A stretch of DNA of 64,000 nt. Source: Moniliella sp. 'wahieum'. Lineage: Eukaryota. The notes beneath the pieces were generated by a model. That model searched no databases. It was not told the DNA's origin and worked only from the letters and a program-made list of their open reading frames with translations. Position numbers and translations under genes: made by a program. Below are positions 12,366 to 26,457 of this stretch, one piece after another; positions within the stretch are counted from its first letter, which is position 1, and the number at the start of each line of letters is the position of its first letter. Location of the stretch: positions 1 to 64,000 of the forward strand of contig RSEE01000099.1 in the NCBI GenBank assembly GCA_003971905.1, in the 5' to 3' direction.

Positions 12366-12765
12366 TCTTTTTGCATCATGGCGCAGATGGGGCATTTCAA
12401 CGTGGGATTGAGTGTCCGTTCGCTAAAATGCGTGGGTTCTCGTTCATGGCGCCGGTCAGCACCGTGGCGGCGGAAAACAAATAGGCACGAGGGTCTGAGT
12501 GCTGCTGAGGTCGAGATGTGAGAGTCTGAACGCAGGTGGAACCGATCCCGTGTAGGCACCCACTCGGCTGGGCATGGGTGCCTGAGGCCAGTGCAGGTGG
12601 CATATGCATGACCGGTGACCGGTGACCGGTGGCAGACGAGCGGAACTGGGGCTGTGGCGCCCGCGCTCGTACGTAATCCGTCCATTACTAATTTCACCCC
12701 CCCCCCCCCGTTGGAGCGCTGCAAGCCAGCTCACGCCGCTGCCCCTCCACCATCCTCCCGCGGCC

Positions 12766-13271
12766 ATGTCCCTCTTCCGTGTCGCGCAGCGTGCGTACAC
12801 CCTTGGGTGGAGGCAGACGCTGCGCGAGCTCGTCTTCCACGACACGATTGCCGTCGGTACGCTGGTAGGAACCGACCGGAACGGCAACCGGTACTTTGAG
12901 AACACCTCCAATGCCGACCACCCGGGCTACCGTGACCGGTGGATCGAGTACTCCCAGGGCTTCACCCGCAACGTCTCTCAGATCGACCCGGACTGGCACC
13001 CTTGGCTGCACCACATCACCCAGCTGCCGCCCACGCAGGATGCGCTGCTTCAGGCCAGCAAGCAACCGTGGCAGCCGGTACGTTTTTATTCTGTTCTTCC
13101 TTTCTTTGTTTTGGTCCTGCTGTTGCGATGTCCACGATGGCTGACTCTCTCTGGCGCTGGTAGACGGACGTGGTGGAGAACCTGACCGGTACGCGTGGCG
13201 CCTACAAGCCCTACCCGACCCAGCGCAAACACATCAACCCGTGGGAGCCCAAGGTGGCCAAGCGGGCTTAA
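12766..13271 (+). CDS. NDUFA12: NADH:ubiquinone oxidoreductase subunit NDUFA12 (B17.2)
   Basis: GTLVGTDRNGNRYFEN...RDRWIEY...IDPDWHPWLHH...PP. Intron 13078-13163 (GTACGT...TAG) gives in-frame ENLTGTRGAYKPY...PWEP. Confidence 0.92.
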
Positions 13272-13514
13272 CACAGGAGCGGTCGCTGGGCCCATTACGA
13301 TGCCTTGTTGATGCACGCGGCATGGATGCATGACATTGCTAGCCTATTTTCTCTTGGTAACCCAGTCGGGTAGAGGAGGCTACTATGCGCAAGGCAAGGA
13401 TGAGCGCAGCACCTGTACTATCTTATAGGTAGGTCGGGTAAAGGCTAGAGACAGAAGAACGTCCATGAAGCAGATAATCCGTTGGTGGTGCCAGGCACAG
13501 ACAATCGCACTGCT

Positions 13515-15302
13515 TTATGGAGCTCTTGGCCAAACCCAGCAGACCATAAAGTCGCTCCAGACCAGTGCCATAAGCAAGTTGTAGGAGACCCCGAGTAAAG
13601 CCTTCGCTCTTGGCAGGCTTGCTTAGCGGGTAGTCAACCGCGGGGGGGATTTGGGTGCGGATGAGGTGGAAGAAACGGTCATGGGTGATGGCTTTGGGGG
13701 AAGTCAGGCCTTGCAAGCCCTCGATGCCCCCAAAGCGACCGTAGCCTGAAGCTTTGACCCCACCAAAGGGAAGAGCTTGGTTGAGGTACGAGACGCCAAA
13801 GTCATTGATATTGACCATGCCTGAACGCAGCTCACTTGCACCTGCGTAGCTTGAGCCTTGGACGGACCAAAGACGCTGGCTCCCAAGCCATAGCGGGTCC
13901 CGTTGGCGATTTCCACCGCCCGCTCCACCTTGTCGGCCGGATACGCTAGAATGACAAAGACGGGCGCAAACAGTTCTTCTTGAGCAATCTCCATCGCGGG
14001 GGTGACACCGCTGAGGAGCGTCGGCGCAAAGTAATGGCCCAAAGGCCACCGAGGGTGCTTGACACGCTTCCCGCCGGCATGCAACGTAGCCCCCTGGGCG
14101 ACCGCATCGTGCACGAGTTGTTCCAGACGATCAAACCGCGCATCCGTGATCATAGCACCGCAATCGACCGTGTGGGTAGGCGTATCGTCAGTCCAGCTGC
14201 CAGTCTGGAGCTGAAGAATGACTGGCTTGATCCGCTCCACCAATGCGTCCACCTGCGTATCTGCCACAATGAAACGCTCGATCCCAATGCAGTTTTGGCC
14301 CGCGCCTTGGAAGGCAGCACGGAGAAAGATGGGCGACATGGAGAGATCGGTGCCGGGCAAGAGAATGGCCGGGTCCTTGCCACCCAGCTCGAGGGTGGTG
14401 GGAGTCAAGTTATCTGCAGCTGCGGCAGCGACCTTCTTGCCAACCGAGTCGGAACCAATGAACGTAATATGCCACACCGGGGTGGCGTGTGACCGCCTCG
14501 GCATGTTCAGGGAAGCAAGTGACAAGTTGAACCAGGTCCTCGTCGGCGCCTACCGCCGCCAGGCAGGCTCGGATTGCTTGGAGAAAGTACTGAGCCGACC
14601 AGGCGACCTGCTCGGACGGTTTGAGCAGCACAGCGTTCCCAGCAAACAGCCCCGCCAGCGCCGGTCCCAGCACGTTGTGCGCAGGGTAATTCCAACTGAC
14701 CAAAGCCACCACACCGAGCGGTTCGCGACGAACGGTGCAGACCTTGTGGGTCAAAAGAAGGGGGCTTCCCCTCCGTTCGTCGGCCAGAGCGCGACTGGCT
14801 TCGGGCGATGCAAGCCAGGCAGCCTTGGCGGCCGTCGTGAGCAATTCCCCAAACGCAGCATCCACCGCCGTCTTGCCCGTGTCACGCATGGCCACGCGCG
14901 AAATGTCCTCCCCGTTCTGCACAGTCCATTGGGCGAGGGTACGCATCAGCTTGCGTCGCTGGGCAAGCGGCGAGCGCGCCCAGGACTGTTGGGCCGCGCG
15001 GCGCGGCGCACCTTGGCATCAATCGTGGCGGGTGTGTCGGCGGGAACATCGGCGAGATGGAAGCCAGTCGCAGGGTCGTAGCATTGGATCATGTTGGGCT
15101 TGTCAGGCGCAACGCAGTCGGGGCGGATCCAGAAAGGCGCCCTTCCACCCAGGCTGGGCCTGGGCAGGGAGAGGGATCCGGACAGACACCGCGCGCTCGT
15201 ACCGGTGGCTCGCCATGCGCGTCCAGCATAGCCGACGAGAAGTGTGGCCGCAACCACGCCGAGCGCGACGAGGTAGGCACAGGGGATGTCCCACTCTTGC
15301 AT
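13515..15302 (-). CDS. Aldehyde dehydrogenase with N-terminal membrane anchor (Msc7-like), frameshifted
   Basis: REPLGVV..SWNYP, KPSE, HITFIGS, LELGGKD, GQNCIG, EELFAP, PFGGVKASGYGRFGG. Confidence 0.9.
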
Positions 15303-15980
15303 CCCCGTTCGAAGGGGAAGAGAGGGCAGCATGGGAAGAGCGAGGGCGAGGGCGAGGGAGCCAGGAGCGGATGGAGGTGCCGGTGGGCTGGCTACAGAAG
15401 AAGTATAAAGCGCGCTGGGCCTCCTGGCTGAGGCGCCCCACTCCACTCGAGCTCTAGGCGCGCCACTTGGGACTGGGCCACAGCAGGCCATAGCAGGCCA
15501 TAGCAGCCTCGGTCGGTGCATTGTGCATTCATGCATGCACCCGCGCGCAATTGTTCATTGTTTCATGCTGCCCAGATGGTCTGATTTCATTTCGGGGTGG
15601 AATGCGATCGAATGCGATCGAAGGGATGGAATCGAGGACAAGACTGGCGTCGCGCCCTCGCCTCAACTCCAACCCTATTCCCTTGCTTCACTCGCCTCGT
15701 GCCAACCGGTGGTGGCGACAGCGCCAATGCCCATGTGCCATGCCAGCGCACCAATGGCCTGCGGGCTGACGCTGACACGCTCCCGCCGTTTCCTCTCCTC
15801 GCCTACTTCCTGCGCCAGCAAACAGCCGAGTGGCAACAGCTACAGCAGTACCTACCTACCCCTGGGTCTATCGCCACGGCCACTGCAGTCGAACCGAGTC
15901 ATAGAATCATATCGCTTAGGAGTACAAGGAACAGCAGCCCAAGGCTGCGAGGACGAAATCGAAAAGGGGGGGACAGGGGC

Positions 15981-16637
<657 letters not shown>

Positions 16638-17605
16638 ACGCGCGTTTGTTTCGATTGGGCAGCAGGCTGACAGGGCAAAAACGGGGCGCTCGGGGCAGAA
16701 ATGATGCTGATGCGGCTGGGCGCGGAGGGGGAAGACAACGAAGAGGGCACGGGGGCAGTCGCATCGTGGTCTTCCTCATCGGGCTCATCGGAGCTCCTGA
16801 CTAGCCTGACGAGACTGCTTTCCTTCCCGGGCTCGCTGTCGCATTCCGGCATCCAATTATCCAATCCCATCCCATCCCACCTGGCGGCTCTGCACTCTGG
16901 TTTGTTGGCCGACCTGGGGGCCGCCTTCTGACTCGCGCCGTGCCTGCTGCCGCTGCATCTCGTCCCAATGCGGTCGGGGGTTTTCATCCGCCTGCCTCAT
17001 GCGCGCACTGGGATAGATATCGAGACTCGCTCAGGATGTAATGATCGATGATCGCTCGCTCATCGACCCAGTCTCTCAGCCGTCTCAGCACAGTGGTTGC
17101 ATCAACGCGACAGCCCCACCCTAGGAGACCGCGTTGAACGCTTAATGCGTTTAATCAAGCCCGCAGCATGGCCACCGCGCAACGGCCAGTGTTGTGGAAG
17201 ATAGGGGAAGCAGGGATTCGGCCTAGCGAGGCATAGTCGGCCTAGTGCAGCTGTCTGATAGCCACAGTCTGGCCAGATTCATAACAGGCAACACAGCGGC
17301 CATGGAGGAGGGTAAGCCAGAAGGAGGAGGATGCCGATGGGGAAGGGCCCCCCAAATGCAGCGTGGGCAACCCCAAGTGTGCCCAGAGCTCCACCTTGGG
17401 TGCCGGCTAGCGTGGCACAAGTCTTCCCATGATGCAGTGACCTTGGGCGGTCGATGGGATGGCTGGCTGCCAGGCGGCCACGTCGTGAGAAAGAGCTTTT
17501 CGAAGGAAAGCGAGATTGCCTCCAGGAGGATATGCGTTCACACGTTCACACGTTCACATGACACAGCCGACCGCATGTGTCTCAAGCGGTGGGGGTTCGG
17601 CGGAC

Positions 17606-17666
17606 TCAGTACTCAGTACTCACAACTCACATGTCACATGTCACATGCCGCACGTTCAACGTTCAC
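17606..17666. repeat. 7-bp phased TCA array with changing cores
   Basis: TCA at 17606, 17613, 17620, 17627, 17634 and 17641 with spacers GTAC, GTAC, CAAC, CATG, CATG, CATG. Confidence 0.9.
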
Positions 17667-18154
17667 AAGCAGCCATCGGGTTCACAACTTGCCACCTCGG
17701 TGGTGCCGTGGCTACTGAGTCTCAGTTTTGCTGCTGGCCGCACTGAGTCACTAGTCACTGACGGACGGACAGGCAACCCTACCGCACCAGGACCGGCGGA
17801 AGGGTGCAACGCACTGATAAGCGGGTAGGGTTGGGGGCGTGCAAGTGGGACGGGCAGCTTACGTCACGCGTCACGGGGCAGGCGGCAGAAACAGGCCCGA
17901 AGGATGCGCCGACGGCGGGGCGGCGTGCGGCTTATTTGTTTGGAGCCGCCTTGGGGCGCAGGTGGCACCAACGCCAGACGACAATTTAATCGACAGCCAC
18001 AACCCCCGTCAGCAGCTTCAGCCCAGTGCCAGAAAATTTACACACCAACGCCGCCATGTGCAGCCCCGCGCCCGCGGCCAGCGCCAGCGTCAGCCCTGAG
18101 CCACAGCCGCCAGCGCAGCGGTAGGTGTCCGCACCTGCCCCACCCCCCACCCCC

Positions 18155-18226
18155 CACCACCACCACCCCACCACACCACCACCACCACCACCACCACCAC
18201 CACCATCACCGCCACCACCACCGCCA
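18155..18226 (+). repeat. (CAC/CCA)n microsatellite upstream of MFS gene
   Basis: Imperfect CCA trinucleotide run. Confidence 0.85.
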
Positions 18227-18250
18227 TCGCACCAGCCCCCACCTCCGTGC

Positions 18251-19818
18251 ATGATGGTCAGTCCGTGGGTGCAGATCGCCTGTGCCACCACCTGGTGCCT
18301 CCTCTCGGCCGGCGTCTGCTTTGGCTTTGCAGCCATCAAACCCGTCTTTGTCGCCGAAGGCGTCTACGGCCACCTGTGCCAGCCTGGCCAGGCTCCCTGT
18401 CAGGCTCAAGACCTCCAGCTCAACTTTATGTGGACCGTTGCCGCCGGCAGCACCAATGCCGTGTCCCTGATCGTGGGGGCCGTGTTGGACCACAAAGGCC
18501 CCCGCCTCTGTGGATTCATTGGGGTTGCCTTCCTGACCGTCGGGGCACTTCTGTTGAGCGAGCAGCCCACGACCAGCTGGTTCGATCCCTTTATGGTTGG
18601 CTACTCTGTGCTTGCCCTGGGGGTCCGTTTGTCTTTATCTCCACGTTCCAACTGGCCAACGCAGTGCCGGATCACTCGGGCAAGGTCCTGGCCGCCATCA
18701 CGGGAGCCTTTGACACTTCGTCCGCCCTCTTTCTTTTTTACCGCTTGGCCTACCAGCACACGGCCAGTGGTATTGCCCTCTCCACTTTTTTCCGCCTTTA
18801 TCTCGTCGTTCCCGTCTTCATTCTGTTCTGCCAGCTCTTCGTTATGCCCCATGAAAGCTACACCGCTGGTGGACTCAAGCCTTTGGACCAGCTCGCTGAA
18901 ACGGTAGACGATGCGACGGAACATGACCACCTGCTGGACCAACACGAGGAGAACCTATCGTCGTTTGGCCGCATTGGTGGCAATCAGGGCGGGGTGGCAG
19001 CAAACGAGCGCGTTCAGCATTGTTAGCAGTGTGCCCGAAGGCGGACGTCTGGCCGCACTCCAGTCTCATCTCAACCATGACTCGTCCTACCTTGCCGACG
19101 TGCACGAGGACGTAACCGACCGTCTGATCCGCAAGACGGGCGGTATCTTTGGCATCCTGGATGGCCGCAGCGCCAGCGAACAGGTCCGTTCTCCTTGGTT
19201 CATGCTCATCCTGATCATGACCTGTCTCTGCATGCTCCGCATCAACTTTTTCATCTCCACCGTCGGCGCGCAGGAGCGGTTCCTTGTTGGGCCTTCTGGA
19301 GCCCGCACGATTGGCGACTTGTTCGATGTGGCTCTGCCGGCGGGAGGTGTGGTGGCGATTCCCTTCATTGGTCTTTTGCTGGATGAGTTGACCACATTCC
19401 AGGTTCTGGAGGTGATGTGCACTGCCAGCGTGCTCACCGGTGTCTTGGGATGCTTCCGCTCCTTTTGGCTCAACATTGTGGGGTGCTGATCATGGTGGTG
19501 TACCGTCCGTTTTACTACTCGGTCACCACCGAGTTGGCTGCCAAGGTGTTTGGACCCATTACGTTTGGTCGTCTGTACGGACTGATCATGACGCTGTCGG
19601 GTGTGTTCAACATGCTCCAAGCCGTGCTCGATCGCTCGCTTCATGGCCCCCTCAATGGAAATCCCATCCCCATCAACATCTTGCTCACGGGCGCGACGGC
19701 CGTGACGGCGCTGTCGTTACTGGGGTACACGAAACACGAGGGCACGCGCAGACTCAAGCAGATCGCGGCCCAAGAAGCGGAGGAGGAAGCTCCCCGTGGG
19801 CCCTATGGTGCAGTGTGA
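18251..19818 (+). CDS. MFS transporter, SLC43/FMP42-like (frameshifted)
   Basis: SAGVCFGFAAIKPVF, GAVLDHKGPRL, TGAFDTSS, MLRINFFIST, FGPITFGRLYG; about 12 hydrophobic segments. Confidence 0.85.
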
Positions 19819-20545
19819 GGGCTGAGGACCGAAGTGAACGCACATCTCCGCAGGGGGCTCCCGTCTCGCTCGCACCATGGGATTGTCCATCCTATATTAC
19901 CGGTATCGGCTCACGTCTAGATTGCGTCATGTGGGGCTGTGGTAAGGGCTGTATTGGGGGAGGGAACCGTCTCGATGGTGTAGCGCTGCTCTCGCCATGC
20001 CACTTCCAAAAGACTGCCATATCTTCATCGTATCTTGCTTTTCGTTCATCCTATGCACGCTGCTGTTTTCTTCCATGAATCATCATCCAAAGCATTGTCA
20101 ACGCCCTCTGCCAGGCTTGGAAAACTCCATACCCGGCCGCACATATGCGCCACTTGATAGCTTGGATTAGCACAGCTGCTGGTCCAACCCTCCTCTGCTG
20201 TGTGCGTGTTGGCAGGGCCAATGCGGGACGGTGGGCAGCAAGACTGGGATGCGTGCCGAGGAAACGGAGGAATGCGTAATGGACGGACGGTGTTGGAGGC
20301 TGAGGCGCTGGTGCGTGATGCACGCATGTTGGCGAATGCGGGGCCCCTCTGCTTCTGGGTTGGACGTTGGAACTGTGACATGTGGTGTGTGATGTGTGGT
20401 GCCAAGCGGATTCCCATTTGCCTCGGCTGTTCTCCACGCTGCAACGCTCCTGCGCCACGCCCCACTCGCCTGCTGCTCGCACTCCCACCTGCCATCCCCC
20501 CCCTAACCCTCGGCTGCCCCAAGCACACGCGAGTCCACCACCACC

Positions 20546-22798
20546 ATGGCCTCCCGCCCACCTGTGCGTCTGCGGCCCCCCGCCATGGCGCCGCTTGTCC
20601 CTCTCCTCTCGTCCTCCGCCCTTGCCCCCGCCGCCCGCGCCTACCTCATCGGCCTCCTCGCCGACACCCTCCCCGCCATCCTCAAGATCTTCGTCAAGTT
20701 CGCCCGTGCGCATATGCGCCGTGCGGCCCAGATCAATCGCCGCCTGGCGGAAGAGCAGCTGCCTTTGGTGCCACAAGCACACTCCCGCCCAGCGCGCGGC
20801 CGCCAAGGCCCGCACCAGCCACCAGGCCACCCGACAGACCCTGGGCGAAGCCCTGGCTGCCCTGCCCTCGCTTCTTCTCACCATCCTTCGTGCCATCACC
20901 TCGGCTGCACACAATCCTCATGGGTTTGCCTTGTGCGGCGCGTTTACTATACTGCTGTGGCGCATCCTCCAAGGCGCCTTTTTGCAGCTAGCGAGCCGGA
21001 ACCGGCGTGGCATAACCAGCGCAGCCACCATTTATCGTGCGCGGGTAATCGCCTCGTTTGTCTCGGCCACCGCTTCGGCCGTGGTGGCTCTGCATTACCT
21101 TGCCTCCGGTCTCGCTCCAGTCCCCCGCCGCGTCGCCGGGCCTCGGGAAAGGGGCTTGGGGCGATCCCCCAGCAACGCCGTGCTCTTGTTCCGCAAACTC
21201 CAGACCCCTACCCCACTTGCCCCGGGAGGCCACTTTATGTCTCGCCTTACCAACTTGAGTATCCCTGTCTCGCCCAGCGATCCCGGTGCCATCTCTCCCG
21301 TCCGGAAGCGTACATTGTCGGGTACGGGTGCTGGATCACAAGAGTCGCCTTCCTCTCAGGTGGTACCCGAAGATGATAAGCCCGTACCCAGCCCCACGCT
21401 CGAATTTACCCTCTCCCTCCTGGTCCGGGCCATTGATACGGCCACACGCGTTGTGCCAGTCGTCATGGCAAGGTCAGTAGTTGTAGCACAGGGCAAGACA
21501 GCATCGTTGCCATCGGCGGTGCAAAAAAACCCCTCTTCGCCGCGCGCTGGGCGCAGTGGGGCACTGGGCTTCCGATCAACGTGATGGCCTGTTGTTTGTT
21601 GTTTGCTGTGCTGAAATCATGTACTCGTGGTTTTACGAGCCGCAACGCCTGTCGCCCATGTACAACAAATGGTGCGTCCTGCTTTGCTTTGGCGCCTCGG
21701 CCTTTGTTCTTGTTAGGTTCAGGATGGTACTGACCCCGGAACGATGGTAGGATCACCAATCTGGCTTCGATGGACGTGCGATGTCTGCAGGCGCTCCGAT
21801 GCCACCGGACGGGCAAGCCGTATGTTTGGAGGTATGGCCAAAAGGAGGATTTGGAGGTGGGATCGATCGCGCTCATGTCGGGACTGGCCGAGTCGCTTGG
21901 ATATCCATACGAATGGGGCGACCCTACCCGCGTGCCGCAAACCGCGGCGGAAGCCAAACTGCTGCGCGACAGCGCGCGGGCAAAGAACCGTGCGCGATGC
22001 GAAAAGGAGGGGATCGACTTTGATTCTCTCCCGCCAATGGAACAGGACGCGGGCTATGTCCTGGCCGGTGCCGCTGGCCCACGTGGACGAGGCGAGATGG
22101 GTGGCGTGCCATGCGAGGTGGTCCATTGCGGCATCACAGGGTCCAACTGCTATGCCGATGCTGGTCTGCGTTGGCTACGAGGGTTCAAAGCCAGTTTGGC
22201 CATCTACATCCCCGTTCATCTTGCCCCCCGTCTGCTCTTTGCCCCCCGTGCCTTTTCCGGCATCCGTTTGCTGGGCTATGGCGGGCCCTCAAGGGCGCCT
22301 CAAGGAGCAGTGTGTTCCTGGCCACGTTTATTGCCAGCATCTGGTTCTTGGTGTGTATGGTGCGCAGCGAAATTTGTCCTCGGCTTTTCCCCAATGTGTC
22401 CCACAACATCTGGGACCACGGCTACGGCGAGATCCTGGGTTCTTGGGGCTGCGGTTGGTCCGTATTTTTAGAGGAGAAACGCAAACGGGCCGAGATGGCA
22501 CTGTACGTAGCCCCCTGCGCTGTTTGCGCTCATCGAGTCCTTCCGACCGGGTTGGCTCAACGACCGACGTCATCTGTCGGCTCGGATTACCGAACGTACT
22601 CTCTTTGGTCTCTCCACCGGTCTTCTCCTTACCACGGCCCAATTCCGCCCCGACTTGCTGCGCGGATCGCTTCCATTCTTCCCTGGGTGGTGCGCGATCC
22701 ATCCATGCGCAAGGTCCACATCACGGGCGACCGCGCCGTACCGGCCCTGTTGTAATTCTCACCATCCATGTCCTCTGGGCTGCTGTCGCGAGTTTGAG
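20546..22798 (+). CDS. TMEM135-like (Tim17/PMP24 superfamily) membrane protein
   Basis: DGLLFVVCCAEIMYSWFYEPQRLSPMYNKW-[intron]-ITNLASMD, PCEVVH, YIPVHL, RSSVFLATF, EEKRKRAEMALYV. Confidence 0.75.
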
Positions 22799-23195
22799 TT
22801 TGTCTCCTTTTCACACGCATATGTCATCTGTACTCGGTCCCCTCTCGGCTCCGTTCGTTGCTCTGCTAGCCTTTTGTCATTTGGACTCTTTGTTTCCTGT
22901 TGCGTGCATGTATCAGTTTTGGTTGACGCGTTGACGGTCCCAGTTGCGTATGGATATACAGGCCGCCCCACTTGGGTAGTGCACATGCACTGCGCTTGGT
23001 TCGTCCATGGAAGTTAATGGTCTGTGTGGATCCTGTCTGGACGTACCATAGTGGATCATGCCACGTCCTACGCCCATATCATTGACAAGCTGCTGGGGGA
23101 GATGGTGAGGTACAGAGAGAGAGAAGGAGTCCGTCGTCGACTTGGAACCATCTGCACCAAGGGGTGTACGTGCCTTTCCCGTGGGTAGACATGGA

Positions 23196-23290
23196 GGCAT
23201 CGTGGTGTAGTTGGTTATCACGTATCCTTAACAGTGGACTAGTGCCTGAGTTAACGGATAAGGTCCTCGGTTCGATCCCGGGCGAAGTCA
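23196..23290 (+). tRNA. tRNA-Val(AAC) with intron
   Basis: GGCATCG-TGGTGTAGTTGGTTATCAC, anticodon stem TATCC/GGATA, AAC at 23230-23232, intron 23234-23254, GGTTCGATCCC, T-run terminator. Confidence 0.9.
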
Positions 23291-24836
23291 CTCCTTTTTT
23301 GGTACCCGACATCTAATTTTTTGGCACCGTACGCCCCCCGGCAAGTGCAGGCTGATTGGGCCTATGTCTTGGGCAGCAAGGCGCTGTTTGTTACATGGCC
23401 AGAGCGATCCTCTGCCTGGGGCTCGACCGAGTTATTGGGCCAACCCGGTCGGGGCTAGAGACGAGGTGTTGGCACCCACGTTTCCTTGCGCAGCGTCGAC
23501 TCGCATGGTGAGCTTGGTAGATGCGCCGGATCGGGCAAGACGATCAACGTATCTGTAGGCCGGCGGTGGCCCTAATACAAAGGGGGCTGAGCGGTTGGAC
23601 GCTGAATGTTGACAGGAACGGCGAAACAGGAGACGCCAGGCTCAGGACAGTACCGCAGGCAAAAGAGATCAACAAGACAATGAGTACAGTTGAGGCTGGA
23701 AGCTCTCATACATATGTGGAACGCTTGAAGCTACGAGAGGGCCAGAGGTTCAACGGTGTTGCCAGGACGAAAAAACGTTGACAAACTGGCATTGTCAAGA
23801 CTCCACGTCGACTGCATGGGCGAGGGCAAGAACATCAAAGAGGGGACCGGCAGGATCTATAACTCAGACGGCACAAACTGTACCAGGACGATGAGATGGA
23901 AAAGTAGCCATGATTTACACGAACGTACAGGGAGGCATCAGAATTTGGCCATCTCGCCTCCACGCCTCACGACCCCCCGCAGCTCAGACGAGCACGCGGG
24001 TAATGGGACGGGGGTGCCGGTCATCGGAAGGCGACATCGACCCCGAAGGGAAGGGCCTTTGCTCCTCACTGCTTAAGGGCGAGACGTACAAGAACCAAAG
24101 GATTCATCCTCTGCCCTGTAAGTTGTGGCTCAAAAATAGAGCTGGCCAGACTCGGAAGATAACTGTATGCACAGATTCTGCTGAGAATGGTCTTGGTATG
24201 CAGACAGGGAGCCACACACACGCCTTTTAACCCTGCCGGCACTGAAAAAAAAATGCCACGGCCTCCAGTCAAAAAAAAAAATGCGCACTAGGGTTGCGGG
24301 CACGCCTCAGCCTCCACAGTGCCCTCCTGCGGCCTCCACTGTGCCTCCACTGTGCCTGTAGTTCCGCTTGCCAAGGTGTCCAACTTAGATTCCGCCATCT
24401 TGAACATTTTCGAAAGGTCGACAGAACTCTAGTCTGATTCACCTGGCAGCCTCGATATTCAATCGATAGTAGCCTCGAAGGGCAATTTAAGCTTCAAATA
24501 CCTCTGGTAGCCGGTAACCGGTAACCAGTAACAATGCACTCAACTTGTGTTCAACGCTGGCCATGAGCATTGGCCCATCTCTCTCGACAGAACTGTTCGT
24601 CCGATGCTTACAGTGGGCTGTCCTCGTTGGTATTCCAGACCCGGGCATATATGGAGGAGGGGTGGGCCCGCAAGGATCAAACGTCTAGGAACATTGGGGC
24701 GCAGTTTCTAGTTACTAGTTATACGCCTAGTACACTACCACAACTACAAGGGTTCAAGGGGAAAACACAAGTGCAAAGCATGCAAATAGGCATTAGTATG
24801 ACAAAGGCACTGGGTCAGCGCGATCAATGGTGCAGC

Positions 24837-25912
24837 TTAAAGCGCCGTGTTGACCTTGAGCGGCGCCTTCTGCTCGACCGCGGTTCCAAACACATTAATG
24901 GGCCAGGAAGGCGTGTAGGTGAGGGGAATGTTGTGCGGTTCTCCCCATACTCCTTGATCAGATCCGTCACGGCAGCGAACTCCTCGGGAGAGAGGGTGAT
25001 CTGCTCAAAGTTGCTCTGGATGCGCGAAGGCGTGACACTCTTGACCAGCACACTGTATCCGCGCTGAATGCCCCACGCAATGAGGACAGAGGCAGGCGTG
25101 TTTGACGCGCTTGGCAATCGCCTCAATGCCAGCATTTTGCGTGAGCGGGGGCTTGCCAGCAACGTTGTTGCCCAGCGGGCTGTACGCAGTGATGACAATC
25201 TTCTTGGACTTGTGATGGGCCACCAGCTCATTTTGCTGCAGGAGCGGGTGGGCCTCAATCTGGTTCACAGCTGGGCGCTCGCCCGAGGCCTTCTCGACCA
25301 GGTCAACCAGGTCAGTCGTGAAGTTCGACACACCCACCGACTTGGTCTTGCCAGTCTTCTTGAGCGCCACAACGGCCTTCCAGGTGTCCACCAGCTTGAT
25401 CGATTCGTCAATGAGCGCTTCGTCCTTGTTGGAGGGGTTGCGAGGGACAAGTTCCTGGGGGTGGTGTACTTGAACGAAACAGGCCACTGGGAACGCAAAG
25501 CGGGAAATTAGCAAGCATGCCAACAAGGGGAGCCGAGGCAAAAGGACAGCGGGGGCACAAAGGCACAGGACGTACGTGGATCAGGTAAAGGTCGAGGTAG
25601 GTCAAGCCCAGCTCCTTCAGCGTCTCGTCCAGCGCAGGCTCGACCTGCTCCGGGGCATGGCGGTTGTTCCAGAGCTTCGACGTGATGAAGAGGTCCTCAC
25701 GCTTGACGACACCCTCATCGAACAGCTCCTTAAGGGCTGCACCAATCTCCTCCTGGTTCTGGTAAATCTTGGCCAGGTCGAGGTGGCGGTAGCCAGCCTT
25801 GACCGCGAGCTTGATGCCCGCCCACCTGGCCGGGCTGGGCGAGCCAGGTGCCGTAGCCCAAGGCGGGGATGGCGTTGCCATCGTTAAGAGGGATCGACTT
25901 TCCGTACGACAT
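24837..25912 (-). CDS. NADPH-dependent aldo-keto reductase, erythrose reductase-like
   Basis: [54 protein letters not shown]-[intron]-[33 protein letters not shown]. Confidence 0.92.
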
Positions 25913-26457
25913 GGTGACTGAGGTGGGGCAGGTGCAGCGGCGGAGAACGAGGGGGAGAACGGTTGAGGTGGGCAGCGAAGAACAGGTGAGGGGCGGCGGC
26001 TTTATAGGAAGGTGCGGCGATGACGCGGGGCGCTGGACATGGCCTGTGCGCCCAGGCATCTTCTCAGCACGACCGGCATCGAAGCCAGGCCCCACTGCGC
26101 ACGAGGGCAGTGTGCCTGGGGCGCCCAGGGTGCGGCGATGACGCCGGGCGGCGGCAGGCGGCGGGATTGCACCGGTCAGTGGTCACGCGATCATCGCAGC
26201 AATTTGGACGCTGAGGTGGTGGGTGGTGGGTGATGCATGATGCAGGCGCATTCCATCACGCCATCCTCCCCCCGCCACGCCTGCTGGCCCTGGCCGCCGC
26301 AAGAGGGGCGGAGCGGATTGCGCTGCGTGCCGCCGCCATCGCCGCCGAGCGCCTCGGCCGCACCCCAGCAGATACGCCAGCGCCTCCGGGACAATTCGCC
26401 ACCCGAACAAGCGCCGCACCGTCCGACCGCTTCGGCTTGGCCTGTTCCACTCTGTAT

